DNA from: Thermoplasmata archaeon
Lineage (GTDB): Archaea > Thermoplasmatota > Thermoplasmata > Thermoplasmatales > B87-G9
DNA length: 36,312 nt
Direction: 5' to 3'
Assembly: GCA_003649695.1 (NCBI GenBank)
Contig: QMSR01000001.1
Location: forward strand, 1 to 36,312
Shown here: in pieces, positions 1 through 7,097 of the stretch
Numbering within the stretch: position 1 is the first letter of the stretch
How the letters are laid out: each line of letters begins with the position of its first letter
Program-made: the position numbers and the translations under genes
Notes under the pieces: model-generated
Seen by the model: the letters and a program-made list of their open reading frames with translations, nothing else
What the model was told of the DNA's origin: nothing
Database searches by the model: none

Positions 1-40
1 ATATAAAAAGGTAGAGGGTTTTGGGTCCTCTACCTTCTTT
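1..40 (-). terminator. Rho-independent terminator closing the leftward gene array; flanked by A/T runs on both sides, so it could act in both directions
   Basis: 8-bp stem GGTAGAGG (10-17) / CCTCTACC (27-34) with a 9-nt loop. A-run at 5-9 gives a U-tract for minus-strand transcripts; T-rich run at 35-44. Confidence 0.6.
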
Positions 41-169
41 TTTCTATTTCATTCAGTAGATCATAATCTTTTGAATCGTACTAACGCAATATTCTGCCAC
101 CACATTTTTTGCATAAATGGTTTTCCAGTATCCACGTTTTCTTTTTATTACTCATAATCCCATTTCCTT

Positions 170-343
170 TCACTTTCCTCTATCCTTTTCCCAATGGCCT
201 TTCACAGTAGGAACCCAATGGTACCCATCTTCCATTTTGCAATAATTAAGATATTTATTGTATGCGACAACCGCGCAAATAAAAGCCGCGATTAGCACCA
301 AGGCAATAAAGCTCGCAATAACCTCTTTAAGTTCATCGCTCAT
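170..343 (-). CDS. Small membrane protein, 57 aa, below the ORF-track length cutoff
   Basis: Hand translation: MSDELKEVIASFIALVLIAAFICAVVAYNKYLNYCKMEDGYHWVPTVKGHWEKDRGK. The ATG at 343 overlaps the TGA of the upstream gene (ATGA). One clear hydrophobic helix. Confidence 0.45.
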   Translation of the reverse strand: MSDELKEVIASFIALVLIAAFICAVVAYNKYLNYCKMEDGYHWVPTVKGHWEKDRGK

Positions 344-525
344 AACTCACTCTCCTTTCCGTAAATCTCATCAAGTTTTTCCAAGTCAAGTTCTTGCGAT
401 ATTCGTTTGCCGCAATACGGGCAATAAATAAAGCCTTTACGTGTCAATTCCCAGCTAACATTATGACCGCAAGATGTTTCTTTTTGCCAGCCTAAAAAAT
501 GACTTTTCCAAAGACAGGTTTTCAT
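340..525 (-). CDS. Small zinc-ribbon protein
   Basis: The track ORF 340..543 starts at a TTG. An in-frame ATG at 525 has GAGGG about 7 nt upstream. Motif C-x-W...SCGHN...CPYCGKRI; paralogue of 2284..2538. Confidence 0.55.
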   Translation of the reverse strand: MKTCLWKSHFLGWQKETSCGHNVSWELTRKGFIYCPYCGKRISQELDLEKLDEIYGKESEL

Positions 526-642
526 TTCATCCCTCAAAGACAAACGCCTAAGAAAAAGGCTAGGATATTAATTATTGTTGCTGGGGTCATTATTCACTAA
601 AAAACTAACAAGAATTACAACAATACGTGTCTTCAACTGGCA

Positions 643-816
643 TTATTGCTCCTTTTTCTCAATCTCTATTAATTTATCTAGTTCTTGCTTTTCAAATCTT
701 CTTCGAGCCTTTGCTATTTGTTTTTTAGCAAATCTGGCAAAACCTTTTTTCGGATTGAAAAAAGTCTCGCTTCTCCAGTAGTACCAGCGCCCTTCCTGCT
801 TATTTATGGGCTTCAT
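643..816 (-). CDS. Small Lys/Arg-rich hypothetical protein
   Basis: The track ORF starts at GTG 840. The ATG at 816 is preceded by GGAGGGGG. Highly basic composition. Confidence 0.45.
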   Translation of the reverse strand: MKPINKQEGRWYYWRSETFFNPKKGFARFAKKQIAKARRRFEKQELDKLIEIEKKEQ

Positions 817-897
817 TTTCCCCCTCCGCTTTCGCTCCACATTTTGGACAAGTAAAATAATCCCAAAACATTTTCCCTTTTCGTTTGTGTGGCATAA

Positions 898-1095
898 TTA
901 TCCCTCCAATACATCAATAAGTTCACCAATCTCAAACACCCGTGCATATACTTCTTCATCATCATCTGGGCCGCCACGATTCAAGACAATACAAACCTCG
1001 CCCTTAACGCCTTCTTCTAGATGTACGGTGTACTCATGAAATACATCTTGCAAATCTTTACGCCAGACTGTCATGTGTACGTCATTGCTCATCAT
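898..1095 (-). CDS. Hypothetical small acidic protein
   Basis: The track ORF starts at GTG 1107. Tandem ATGs at 1095/1092 lie directly after AAGGAGGG. Confidence 0.45.
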   Translation of the reverse strand: MMSNDVHMTVWRKDLQDVFHEYTVHLEEGVKGEVCIVLNRGGPDDDEEVYARVFEIGELIDVLEG

Positions 1096-1288
1096 CCCTC
1101 CTTTCACTATCTATGCTTAGCAGAAATTGAAACCGGCTTCTTTTATTTTTGTTCTTCCACCGTTTTCCAAACTCATCTAGCTCGTTTTTCATGTGTGATA
1201 TGAAGTCATCTATATGTACCATTTTCATTTTATATCCGTCACAAAAGCCCAGCGGATAATTATTCTCTTTGTGATTTTGCCTTGGCAA
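1082..1288 (-). CDS. Small protein with a PLGFCDGYK motif; partial paralogue of 2535..2705
   Basis: TTG start at 1288. The motif NYPLGFCDGYKMKMVHIDDF matches NPLGFCDGYKPAKVIRLDAF in the other gene. The two DNA copies differ mainly at synonymous positions, which argues that the motif is translated. Confidence 0.4.
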   Translation of the reverse strand: MPRQNHKENNYPLGFCDGYKMKMVHIDDFISHMKNELDEFGKRWKNKNKRSRFQFLLSIDSERRDDEQ

Positions 1289-1472
1289 TTATGGTACGAC
1301 ACCTCGGACAAATATGTTTTACTTCCACATCGCCATAAGTCTTCTCTGGACGGAAATCCTCGTGTAGTTGTACCTTGACTTCAGTCCAATCAATCGGAAG
1401 CCATCTATCGCCACCACCTTCACCCTTCGTACCGCATAAGTCACAATAGTATAGTATTACTGTCTTTTTCAT
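1260..1472 (-). CDS. Zinc-ribbon protein (CDLCG ... CPRC)
   Basis: The ATG at 1472 overlaps the upstream stop (ATGA). Two CxxC pairs. Confidence 0.55.
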   Translation of the reverse strand: MKKTVILYYCDLCGTKGEGGGDRWLPIDWTEVKVQLHEDFRPEKTYGDVEVKHICPRCRTIIAKAKSQRE

Positions 1473-2287
1473 TCTTCGCCCTCCTTTTCCGCAACCTCAA
1501 GCCAGCGGTCGCCGTATTCTTGCTTCCACCGTTCAAGGATTTCTTTGCGACTGAATAGGCTGTCTTTCCAGTCGCCTTGCCAGTCTATTTCTTGAGTAAT
1601 AACTAAATACCTACCCCCGCACCAATTTTCAGCCATAGTCATAACAGGCTTTTTTTCGTGTATCTGCCATTCTCTACCCCCTGAATCCGTAATTTCCATG
1701 GCCACCCATCGGCCCAGTGGGATCCTGAGCGGATTGATGAGCGGCACGTCGCGCTTCTCACGTATCTTAACATATTCGGTATCAAGCAACTTCGCGGCAC
1801 CTTCTTTTGCGCAGGCGTCACAGCAGAAATAATACGTTTCTTCAATCGCCGCTTTCGGTATTGCCTTTTTACAATTCGCGCACGTAACCGTTTCATCCCA
1901 CGATTCCACTTCTGCTTCTAGCGCGGTGCAAGATTCGTTATCTTCCGGCTTCGGAAGCTCGCCCTTGTCATCCAATCGAAGGCGGTAACACTCTTTATCG
2001 TCCGCATAATCCTTGTTCTTACTTATTTGTGTAATCCAACTGGCTTTCCACGAAGGAATACGTGAATAATACTCAGCATCAGGATCAGCCTTGTGCGCCT
2101 CAACAAATTCATTCCAATCCCCGCCAGCATCAACCCATTGCTGTCCGGTGCACCATTCACCGGAGCCAGGGAGTTTACATGGCGTTGCCACCTTGTCAGT
2201 ATAACAGTATATTGACCCGCTATGCACGTGGACATACCGACCGGCCATCCCTTTCTTGATTTCTTTTCCACAATCATCACACTTCAT
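1469..2287 (-). CDS. Cys-rich hypothetical protein, 272 aa
   Basis: Long ORF with ATGA coupling at both ends. N-terminal CDDCG; central CANCKK-x15-CCDAC resembles a TRASH/FCS-type zinc finger (weak call). Confidence 0.65.
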   Translation of the reverse strand: MKCDDCGKEIKKGMAGRYVHVHSGSIYCYTDKVATPCKLPGSGEWCTGQQWVDAGGDWNEFVEAHKADPDAEYYSRIPSWKASWITQISKNKDYADDKECYRLRLDDKGELPKPEDNESCTALEAEVESWDETVTCANCKKAIPKAAIEETYYFCCDACAKEGAAKLLDTEYVKIREKRDVPLINPLRIPLGRWVAMEITDSGGREWQIHEKKPVMTMAENWCGGRYLVITQEIDWQGDWKDSLFSRKEILERWKQEYGDRWLEVAEKEGEE

Positions 2288-2538
2288 CTTCTCTCCTTTA
2301 TCTTAATCCGCTTACCACACCATGGACAGAATTTGTACTCAAAGAACGTATAATTATGACATGATGTTTTTGCCAAACCACCTTCGGTAACTAACCATTC
2401 ACACACCCCACGGTCACGCTTTCCCTTCTGATACGCTTTCCAAGAGATTTGGACAACGTCATAATAACCCCAACCAGTAAAAGGCATGGGGTATGTGCGC
2501 CTGCGCATAAAATCCCAAAACCATTGCGGTATTTTCAC
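2284..2538 (-). CDS. Zinc-ribbon protein, paralogue of 340..525
   Basis: The GTG start at 2538 overlaps the upstream TGA. C-terminal region VCEW...SCHN...CPWCGKRI. Confidence 0.55.
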   Translation of the reverse strand: MKIPQWFWDFMRRRTYPMPFTGWGYYDVVQISWKAYQKGKRDRGVCEWLVTEGGLAKTSCHNYTFFEYKFCPWCGKRIKIKERR

Positions 2539-2705
2539 ATCTTCCTCCTGTTTGCTATTTCAAAAAAAGCATCAAGCCGAATTACCTTTGCAGGTTTGTA
2601 ACCATCACAAAATCCAAGCGGATTCGCCGTGCCTTTCAATACTTTGCAGGTCAACTTTTTCCTATCGTATTCACTAAACTTACAAGTCCCGCAACACTGA
2701 ATCAT
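2535..2705 (-). CDS. Small Cys-rich protein (CCGTC ... C ... PLGFCDGYK)
   Basis: The track ORF starts at TTG 2738. The ATG at 2705 is preceded by AAGGAAGG. Confidence 0.55.
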   Translation of the reverse strand: MIQCCGTCKFSEYDRKKLTCKVLKGTANPLGFCDGYKPAKVIRLDAFFEIANRRKM

Positions 2706-2734
2706 TTTAATCCTTCCTTTGTCTAAAATATCTA

Positions 2735-2977
2735 TCAATCGCCATCCGTACCTGTCTCAGCCATCGCCTCATTGACAATGGCTCGTTCCGCTTCAGCTCT
2801 GGTGTTATAGAGACCTAGATATTTGGGGAAAAATAAATCATCACTGAAATGGTATGCGGCATATTCCTCAGTCAAAACAGAGACAGACTCAATTCTCCCA
2901 ATCAACTTGTCTTCACCATCTACCTCAGCTGAAACTGCCCAATCAGTTCTCACGACCTTCAATTTTATCTTCATCAT
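2735..2977 (-). CDS. Hypothetical protein
   Basis: ATG at 2977 after GAGGAGG; coupled to its neighbours on both sides. Confidence 0.55.
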   Translation of the reverse strand: MMKIKLKVVRTDWAVSAEVDGEDKLIGRIESVSVLTEEYAAYHFSDDLFFPKYLGLYNTRAEAERAIVNEAMAETGTDGD

Positions 2978-3177
2978 ACCTCCTCAATAGTCAGACGAGC
3001 CACCCTCAAAATCTGATGCTCTTTGGCCCAATAGGGATGCCTTCTGTCAAACATCTGAGCCTTCTCCATAGCGTATGCCGCAAGACCTGATATGGAGGAG
3101 ACATCAAGATATTCGCCACCTCCGGTCTGCCTTCTGACAACTCCATAGACCCTGTCCAAGATTTTTTCCTGTTCCAT
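2974..3177 (-). CDS. Hypothetical protein
   Basis: ATG at 3177 preceded by AAGGAGAAAGAA. Confidence 0.55.
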   Translation of the reverse strand: MEQEKILDRVYGVVRRQTGGGEYLDVSSISGLAAYAMEKAQMFDRRHPYWAKEHQILRVARLTIEEV

Positions 3178-3187
3178 TTCTTTCTCC

Positions 3188-4024
3188 TTATTCCTTATTA
3201 TCAGACTGAATTATTGACGCCCGGCTGGGACGCTTGCCAAATGCGAAATATTTGTCCCTGTCGCTCCTGGTCAATGTGGCAGTGAATTGGATCATATCAC
3301 CTACACGCACATCACAACTGATTGCCTGAGGAATGGTGCACCATACCCTCCACCCAGCCTCAGACCTGACCATCATTTTCCAGACCGTCTCATTGAAATA
3401 TCCTTCCTTTGCCTTGATGGCGAGGACTTCACCTGTGACTGTGACTTTGCCTTCTGGTGCAGATTCAGAAGGCTCTTGGATTTCTTCTGCGGGCTCCGGG
3501 TTCTTCACCTGCTCAATCAGCTTCTTGGCGAACTTTATTTGTTTTTCAGTCAGGGTGCCATACTGATTGAGCCTGTTCCACATATCAGCGAGGATGGGGT
3601 GTCCGAACCGTGCGCATTCCATACACGGAATTCCCACCTCTTTGGTGAGCTGCCTTGCATTGATCAGCATCTGCGCTCGTTTTCTCGCGGCCGCACACAA
3701 GTCTCTGGTTTTGCGAAAGGCTTGCTCATCACCCATGCTCAAATTACTTGCACAATCAAAACCAGTTTTGATTATTTGTCCGGTAGGTACATGTAAAAAA
3801 TAGGCGAGGTGGGATGCCCATGCTCCGCAGATGTGACAGGTCCCACCATGTTCATGCTGAGAAAAGGTGTGCCCACCGTCTCTTATGAATGTATGGAGAC
3901 TGGCTCGTCTTCGCGCAATCTCCATTGATGCGAATGGATCACCATAGTCATTCCCAGGAATGGCAATGATAAACATATATTCCTCAGGTTTGATATTCTT
4001 GGGGCAATGTATGTCAGTTCTCAT
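3188..4024 (-). CDS. Hypothetical protein, 278 aa; His/Cys cluster near the N-terminus, beta-rich OB-like C-terminus
   Basis: Long ORF with ATGA coupling at 4021-4024. HEHGGTCHICG motif. The fold call for the C-terminal 90 aa is only an impression. Confidence 0.6.
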   Translation of the reverse strand: MRTDIHCPKNIKPEEYMFIIAIPGNDYGDPFASMEIARRRASLHTFIRDGGHTFSQHEHGGTCHICGAWASHLAYFLHVPTGQIIKTGFDCASNLSMGDEQAFRKTRDLCAAARKRAQMLINARQLTKEVGIPCMECARFGHPILADMWNRLNQYGTLTEKQIKFAKKLIEQVKNPEPAEEIQEPSESAPEGKVTVTGEVLAIKAKEGYFNETVWKMMVRSEAGWRVWCTIPQAISCDVRVGDMIQFTATLTRSDRDKYFAFGKRPSRASIIQSDNKE

Positions 4025-4380
4025 TTTTCTTCCTCCTCATACATCATCGGCATGCGAAACCGGTGATTCTCCCGAAAATGACACTTCACCGCCCACCAAT
4101 CATTTCTGTTCTGGCTCTTCAGAAATGTGGTGATGAGCCTCCTGAGAGTCTTGTCCTCATACATTGTTCTCAACTCAATCACCTCCTGCATCGGACACAA
4201 CTGACCCCAGTCAGCACCAGTGAGCCGCTGTTTCTCCGTGACAAGTCTGCTCTGCGCAATGAGCCTCACCGAATTGCCTTCAAAAATAAGCTCACATTCG
4301 TAAGGGAGCTTTGATTTCACCACCATCCCAACTTTGCCATTGTCAACATGCACACACCTCTCCAATTTGTACTCTCTCAT
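4021..4380 (-). CDS. Hypothetical protein
   Basis: The ATG at 4380 follows the stereotyped leader TTTTACAAGGAGAAGACG. Confidence 0.6.
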   Translation of the reverse strand: MREYKLERCVHVDNGKVGMVVKSKLPYECELIFEGNSVRLIAQSRLVTEKQRLTGADWGQLCPMQEVIELRTMYEDKTLRRLITTFLKSQNRNDWWAVKCHFRENHRFRMPMMYEEEEK

Positions 4381-4418
4381 CGTCTTCTCCTTGTAAAAGT
4401 AAAAATGACTATAAAATC

Positions 4419-4628
4419 TTATGCGCCTTTGATTTCTGCATACGTTTTGAGAATCTTCCTCTCAAGATCATCCGACATCCCATATCCTGTAAAACGAGAA
4501 TACCCTCCCTCAGAATGCACTCTATGAATCCATTTGCCTGTACGCTTGCATATGCTTCCACTTTCAATCATTTTGTTGACCAGGTCCTTGACATCTTCTG
4601 TTATGATAATCTCTTTCGCTGTCTTCAT
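4419..4628 (-). CDS. Hypothetical small protein, first gene after promoter copy 1
   Basis: The track ORF starts at TTG 4649. The ATG at 4628 is preceded by TTTTACAAGGAGAAAAAG. Confidence 0.55.
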   Translation of the reverse strand: MKTAKEIIITEDVKDLVNKMIESGSICKRTGKWIHRVHSEGGYSRFTGYGMSDDLERKILKTYAEIKGA

Positions 4629-4646
4629 CTTTTTCTCCTTGTAAAA

Positions 4647-4788
4647 CAAAACATAAGCAATAACTACATTGTTATATTACTATAACACATTGCATAAAGC
4701 AAATAAAAAATTCAATTATTTTTGATTATTTTTTGGTGGAATGGTTTGATGCTAGAAAATAGGCTATTTTTCAATCATAATTTTTTGA
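4647..4788. repeat. Copy 1 of a ~140-bp dispersed repeat carrying a promoter; copy 2 is at 30132-30274
   Basis: The first 57 nt (4647-4704) match 30132-30188 with 1 mismatch. The remainder is roughly 80-85% identical by eye, with small indels. Confidence 0.85.
4672..4702 (-). promoter_or_regulatory. Sigma70-like promoter with conserved core GTTATAGTAATATAA
   Basis: Minus strand: TTGCTT (4702-4697), 17-nt spacer, TAATAT (4679-4674). It also contains an extended -10-like TGtTATAGT. A/T-rich phased tracts lie upstream. Confidence 0.55.
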
Positions 4789-5050
4789 AGATTCTTATTT
4801 TTCTCTTCTTTTTCAACCTGCGCTCCCGCCTTTTCTCCTCCCTCTTCTGCCTTCTCACCATCCATTCTGCGTCTACCTTATGGTATTTGCACCTGCGAAA
4901 GAATGATTGAGTAGACAGATATCGCCTTTGAGATTCTTCAGACATCGCCTCTTCTGCCAGATCCAATATTCTGTCCCATCCTTCCCCTTCTGAAGACTCC
5001 AACCATTTCTCCGGTGGGATTGGCCATCCTCTATATTGTGATCTCTTCAT
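4775..5050 (-). CDS. Hypothetical protein with a strongly basic C-terminus
   Basis: The ATG at 5050 overlaps the upstream TGA. The last few codons run into the dispersed repeat. Confidence 0.5.
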   Translation of the reverse strand: MKRSQYRGWPIPPEKWLESSEGEGWDRILDLAEEAMSEESQRRYLSTQSFFRRCKYHKVDAEWMVRRQKREEKRRERRLKKKRKIRIFKKL

Positions 5051-5616
5051 GATAGCTGAATTACCTTGCCTGTCTTGAGTTCATCGATGTGTGTCACAAA
5101 AATGAATTGCACTCCCATCTCAGTAGACAATGTCTGCAACAGGCTCACAATATTTTCCCGATATTCCTCACTCACAAATTTGAATGGCTCGTCCAGAATC
5201 AGAACCTTGCGTAGAGGTGGCGAGGACAACATAAGACATGCAAGCCTCAAAGCAAATGCAGCGACGTCTATCACCCCACCACCACTTGCGGTCATTGGGT
5301 CCACCTCAAGCCCCTCACGCTCAAATGACAGGCGAGCTTCTGTCCTGCCTCGTTTGCGCTCAAAATGGATAATGAATTTGTAGGGCTGATCAAATACAGT
5401 CTCTAGGCATCTGCTCACCACCCCTGCAATCTGTGAATGAGCCTGCTGCTGCACTTGTTGAGCGACATCTTGCGTAAGAGTCCGAGCGTCATTTAGATTG
5501 CTGATCTGCGCATTGATCGCAGCGAGAGCCTGCTTCTCAGCCCGATATGTCTTGCAGACAGCTCTATACTCAGCCATCTTCCGATCAATCGTCTTTCGTA
5601 TCTGTGTCAAATTCAT
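5047..5616 (-). CDS. Rad50/SbcC-like ATPase, C-terminal half (coiled coil plus signature motif, Walker B, D-loop and H-loop)
   Basis: ASGGG signature motif, Walker B VLILDEP, FVTH H-loop. The N-terminal ~70 aa are coiled-coil-like. No Walker A. Confidence 0.75.
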   Translation of the reverse strand: MNLTQIRKTIDRKMAEYRAVCKTYRAEKQALAAINAQISNLNDARTLTQDVAQQVQQQAHSQIAGVVSRCLETVFDQPYKFIIHFERKRGRTEARLSFEREGLEVDPMTASGGGVIDVAAFALRLACLMLSSPPLRKVLILDEPFKFVSEEYRENIVSLLQTLSTEMGVQFIFVTHIDELKTGKVIQLS

Positions 5617-5744
5617 AAGACCCTTTCAAAAACGAATGGCGCCAGCCGGTCTGTTCATAACCGCGATCCTTCCATAGGTTGAGAGCCGTCTAGGATACTG
5701 ACGCCATCCAGAAATCAAACTTGCACCATTCAAGCAATATGTCA

Positions 5745-5951
5745 TCATGTCTGCATGCAGCACCTTTTGAACCGGCGGCCGCTGCCACATGGACATTTGG
5801 AATTTCTGCCAAGCACCATCCGCCCCATCTTCCGCAATCTCTTCTGATTCTCCTTAGATAGGCCATTGAGAGATTGCGGAATAAATCGTTGACCAGGACT
5901 GATGCTGAAACCTCTTTGCTGTTTGGGTGCTTCATCCTTTTTGTCCATCAT
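5745..5951 (-). CDS. Small SEC-C motif (metal-binding) protein
   Basis: C-terminal CPCGSGRRFKRCC matches the SecA C-terminal/SEC-C motif. ATGA coupling with the upstream gene. Confidence 0.6.
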   Translation of the reverse strand: MMDKKDEAPKQQRGFSISPGQRFIPQSLNGLSKENQKRLRKMGRMVLGRNSKCPCGSGRRFKRCCMQT

Positions 5952-6376
5952 TTCTCCTTATTTTCTTTCCAACTCTCCATCCTGAATTTCCCTCGCATGC
6001 GCACTCGTTCGACGTCATGCTCCTGAGTCAGGAATGCTCTGCCTGTTGTGCTCCTGACTCTACGGATCATTTTTCCATCTTCATCAAATTCATGAATGAT
6101 TGGGTTTACCAGGTCAACGTATCCTTTATTAGAATACCAATCAGCACTATCAGCGAAGATGATGCTCTTGGCATGTCCAGTGGGGTAGAAGGTAGTGAGT
6201 ATTATTTTTTCATACCTGTCGGGCTCGCGTTCACGTTTCTTGCTGGCGATGGCGTCAGCCTTCTCAGGAGCCTCACCGAATTTGATAGATCCTTCGTGAA
6301 TGTAAGGACCAAGGCCCACACCCACAATAATTCCACTGAGCAAGAAGATAAGAAGGTGAATTCCTCGGCTTTTCAT
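5948..6376 (-). CDS. Membrane-anchored hypothetical protein
   Basis: N-terminal hydrophobic segment GIHLLIFLLSGIIVGVGLG. ATGA coupling at both ends. Confidence 0.55.
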   Translation of the reverse strand: MKSRGIHLLIFLLSGIIVGVGLGPYIHEGSIKFGEAPEKADAIASKKREREPDRYEKIILTTFYPTGHAKSIIFADSADWYSNKGYVDLVNPIIHEFDEDGKMIRRVRSTTGRAFLTQEHDVERVRMRGKFRMESWKENKEK

Positions 6377-6600
6377 TTTCTCTCCGATCTCTGAGCAATC
6401 TGCTTGCTGTCTCCAGGGACATGTACTGCCACCACTATCACCTCACATCCTTCCGGTAATGTCAGCTCTACTACATCATCACCGTGCTTTGCGTAGGTCG
6501 TGACTGATTGAAGAATGCGAAATCGTTCACCTGCACTCTGTGATTCACTACAACCACACAACCACAAGACCAGCATCATAGCGACAAATATTTTCATCAT
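6373..6600 (-). CDS. Putative lipoprotein, 75 aa
   Basis: Signal peptide MMKIFVAMMLVLWLCGC with a lipobox-like L-C-G-C. GAGGAG RBS. Confidence 0.6.
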   Translation of the reverse strand: MMKIFVAMMLVLWLCGCSESQSAGERFRILQSVTTYAKHGDDVVELTLPEGCEVIVVAVHVPGDSKQIAQRSERK

Positions 6601-6606
6601 ATCTCC

Positions 6607-6816
6607 TCAACCTTCAACATGAATGCAAACACTATTAGGAAAACACTGTAAAATGATTCGATTATCCATGCCCTTGGCCTTGGATTCATAGAAGGCAGGA
6701 CACCAATTGCCGCACAAAGATTCATCAGTTCTATGAGGACATCTCTTGGGGATGTATGTGTGCTGACTATTGTGCAAAGCAATCCCCGCCTGCTGAAAAC
6801 TATTATACGTCATCAT
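6607..6816 (-). CDS. Hypothetical small Cys-containing protein
   Basis: The ATG at 6816 overlaps the upstream TGA (ATGA). It competes with the alternative-frame ORF 6597..6782. Confidence 0.35.
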   Translation of the reverse strand: MMTYNSFQQAGIALHNSQHTYIPKRCPHRTDESLCGNWCPAFYESKAKGMDNRIILQCFPNSVCIHVEG

Positions 6817-7097
6817 TCTAATTCATCCCCCCATTTATCCAAAAATTCATCCAATGCCTTATCAAATTTCTTCTTCAGAGCTGCTTCCTTCTTCTCCAGT
6901 GTCTTGAGCATTGTTTTGGCTTCTGATATATTATCACAACCAAATTCGGCATGAAGAGATTTCATAGCCTCCTCCAATGCTCCGGCAGCCTTATCCGCTT
7001 CAGTCTGCCTCTTCTCCACCAATCTTTTCAACCTGGTAAGATCATCAATATTAGCCACGTCCCAAAGCCTCCAAAATGATTCTACGAATGTCATCAC
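6813..7097 (-). CDS. Small coiled-coil protein
   Basis: Heptad-like charged sequence (KRLVEKRQTEADKAAGALEEAMKSL...). Its start overlaps the end of the Mre11-like gene. Confidence 0.5.
   Translation of the reverse strand: MMTFVESFWRLWDVANIDDLTRLKRLVEKRQTEADKAAGALEEAMKSLHAEFGCDNISEAKTMLKTLEKKEAALKKKFDKALDEFLDKWGDELE

Noticed and set aside
800-895. 31-aa micro-ORF (MPHKRKGKMFWDYFTCPKCGAKAEGENEAHK) with a strong GGAGGG RBS; also a 24-aa micro-ORF at 81..155 (MSNKKKTWILENHLCKKCGGRILR)
   Set aside because: Each is very short with a single CxxC. They are plausible given the tight gene packing, but cannot be supported from sequence alone.
1260-1288. +1 frameshift fusing 1260..1472 (CxxC half) to 1082..1288 (PLGFCDGYK half) to recreate the architecture of 2535..2705
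   Set aside because: The domain logic is attractive, but +1 recoding is rare and I see no recognisable shift site. It is kept as an open question in the paralogue finding rather than called.
5617-5744. 128-nt gap upstream of the Rad50 C-terminal half, as a remnant of the interrupted gene or a mobile-element scar
   Set aside because: I could not recognise any ORF, inverted repeat or homology to the N-terminal half's end. It remains unexplained but without positive evidence.
5690-5935. 81-aa ORF overlapping the SEC-C gene in another frame
   Set aside because: The competing frame 5745..5951 carries the CPCGSGRRFKRCC motif and is ATGA-coupled to its neighbour.
5948-6600. Spanin pair (lipoprotein plus membrane-anchored protein)
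   Set aside because: The gene order is the reverse of typical i-spanin/o-spanin pairs. No holin or endolysin is nearby, and the genes sit in an early-type operon.
6597-6782. 61-aa alternative-frame ORF
   Set aside because: 6607..6816 is coupled to the upstream stop codon and leaves room for the lipoprotein RBS. Neither frame has strong support.
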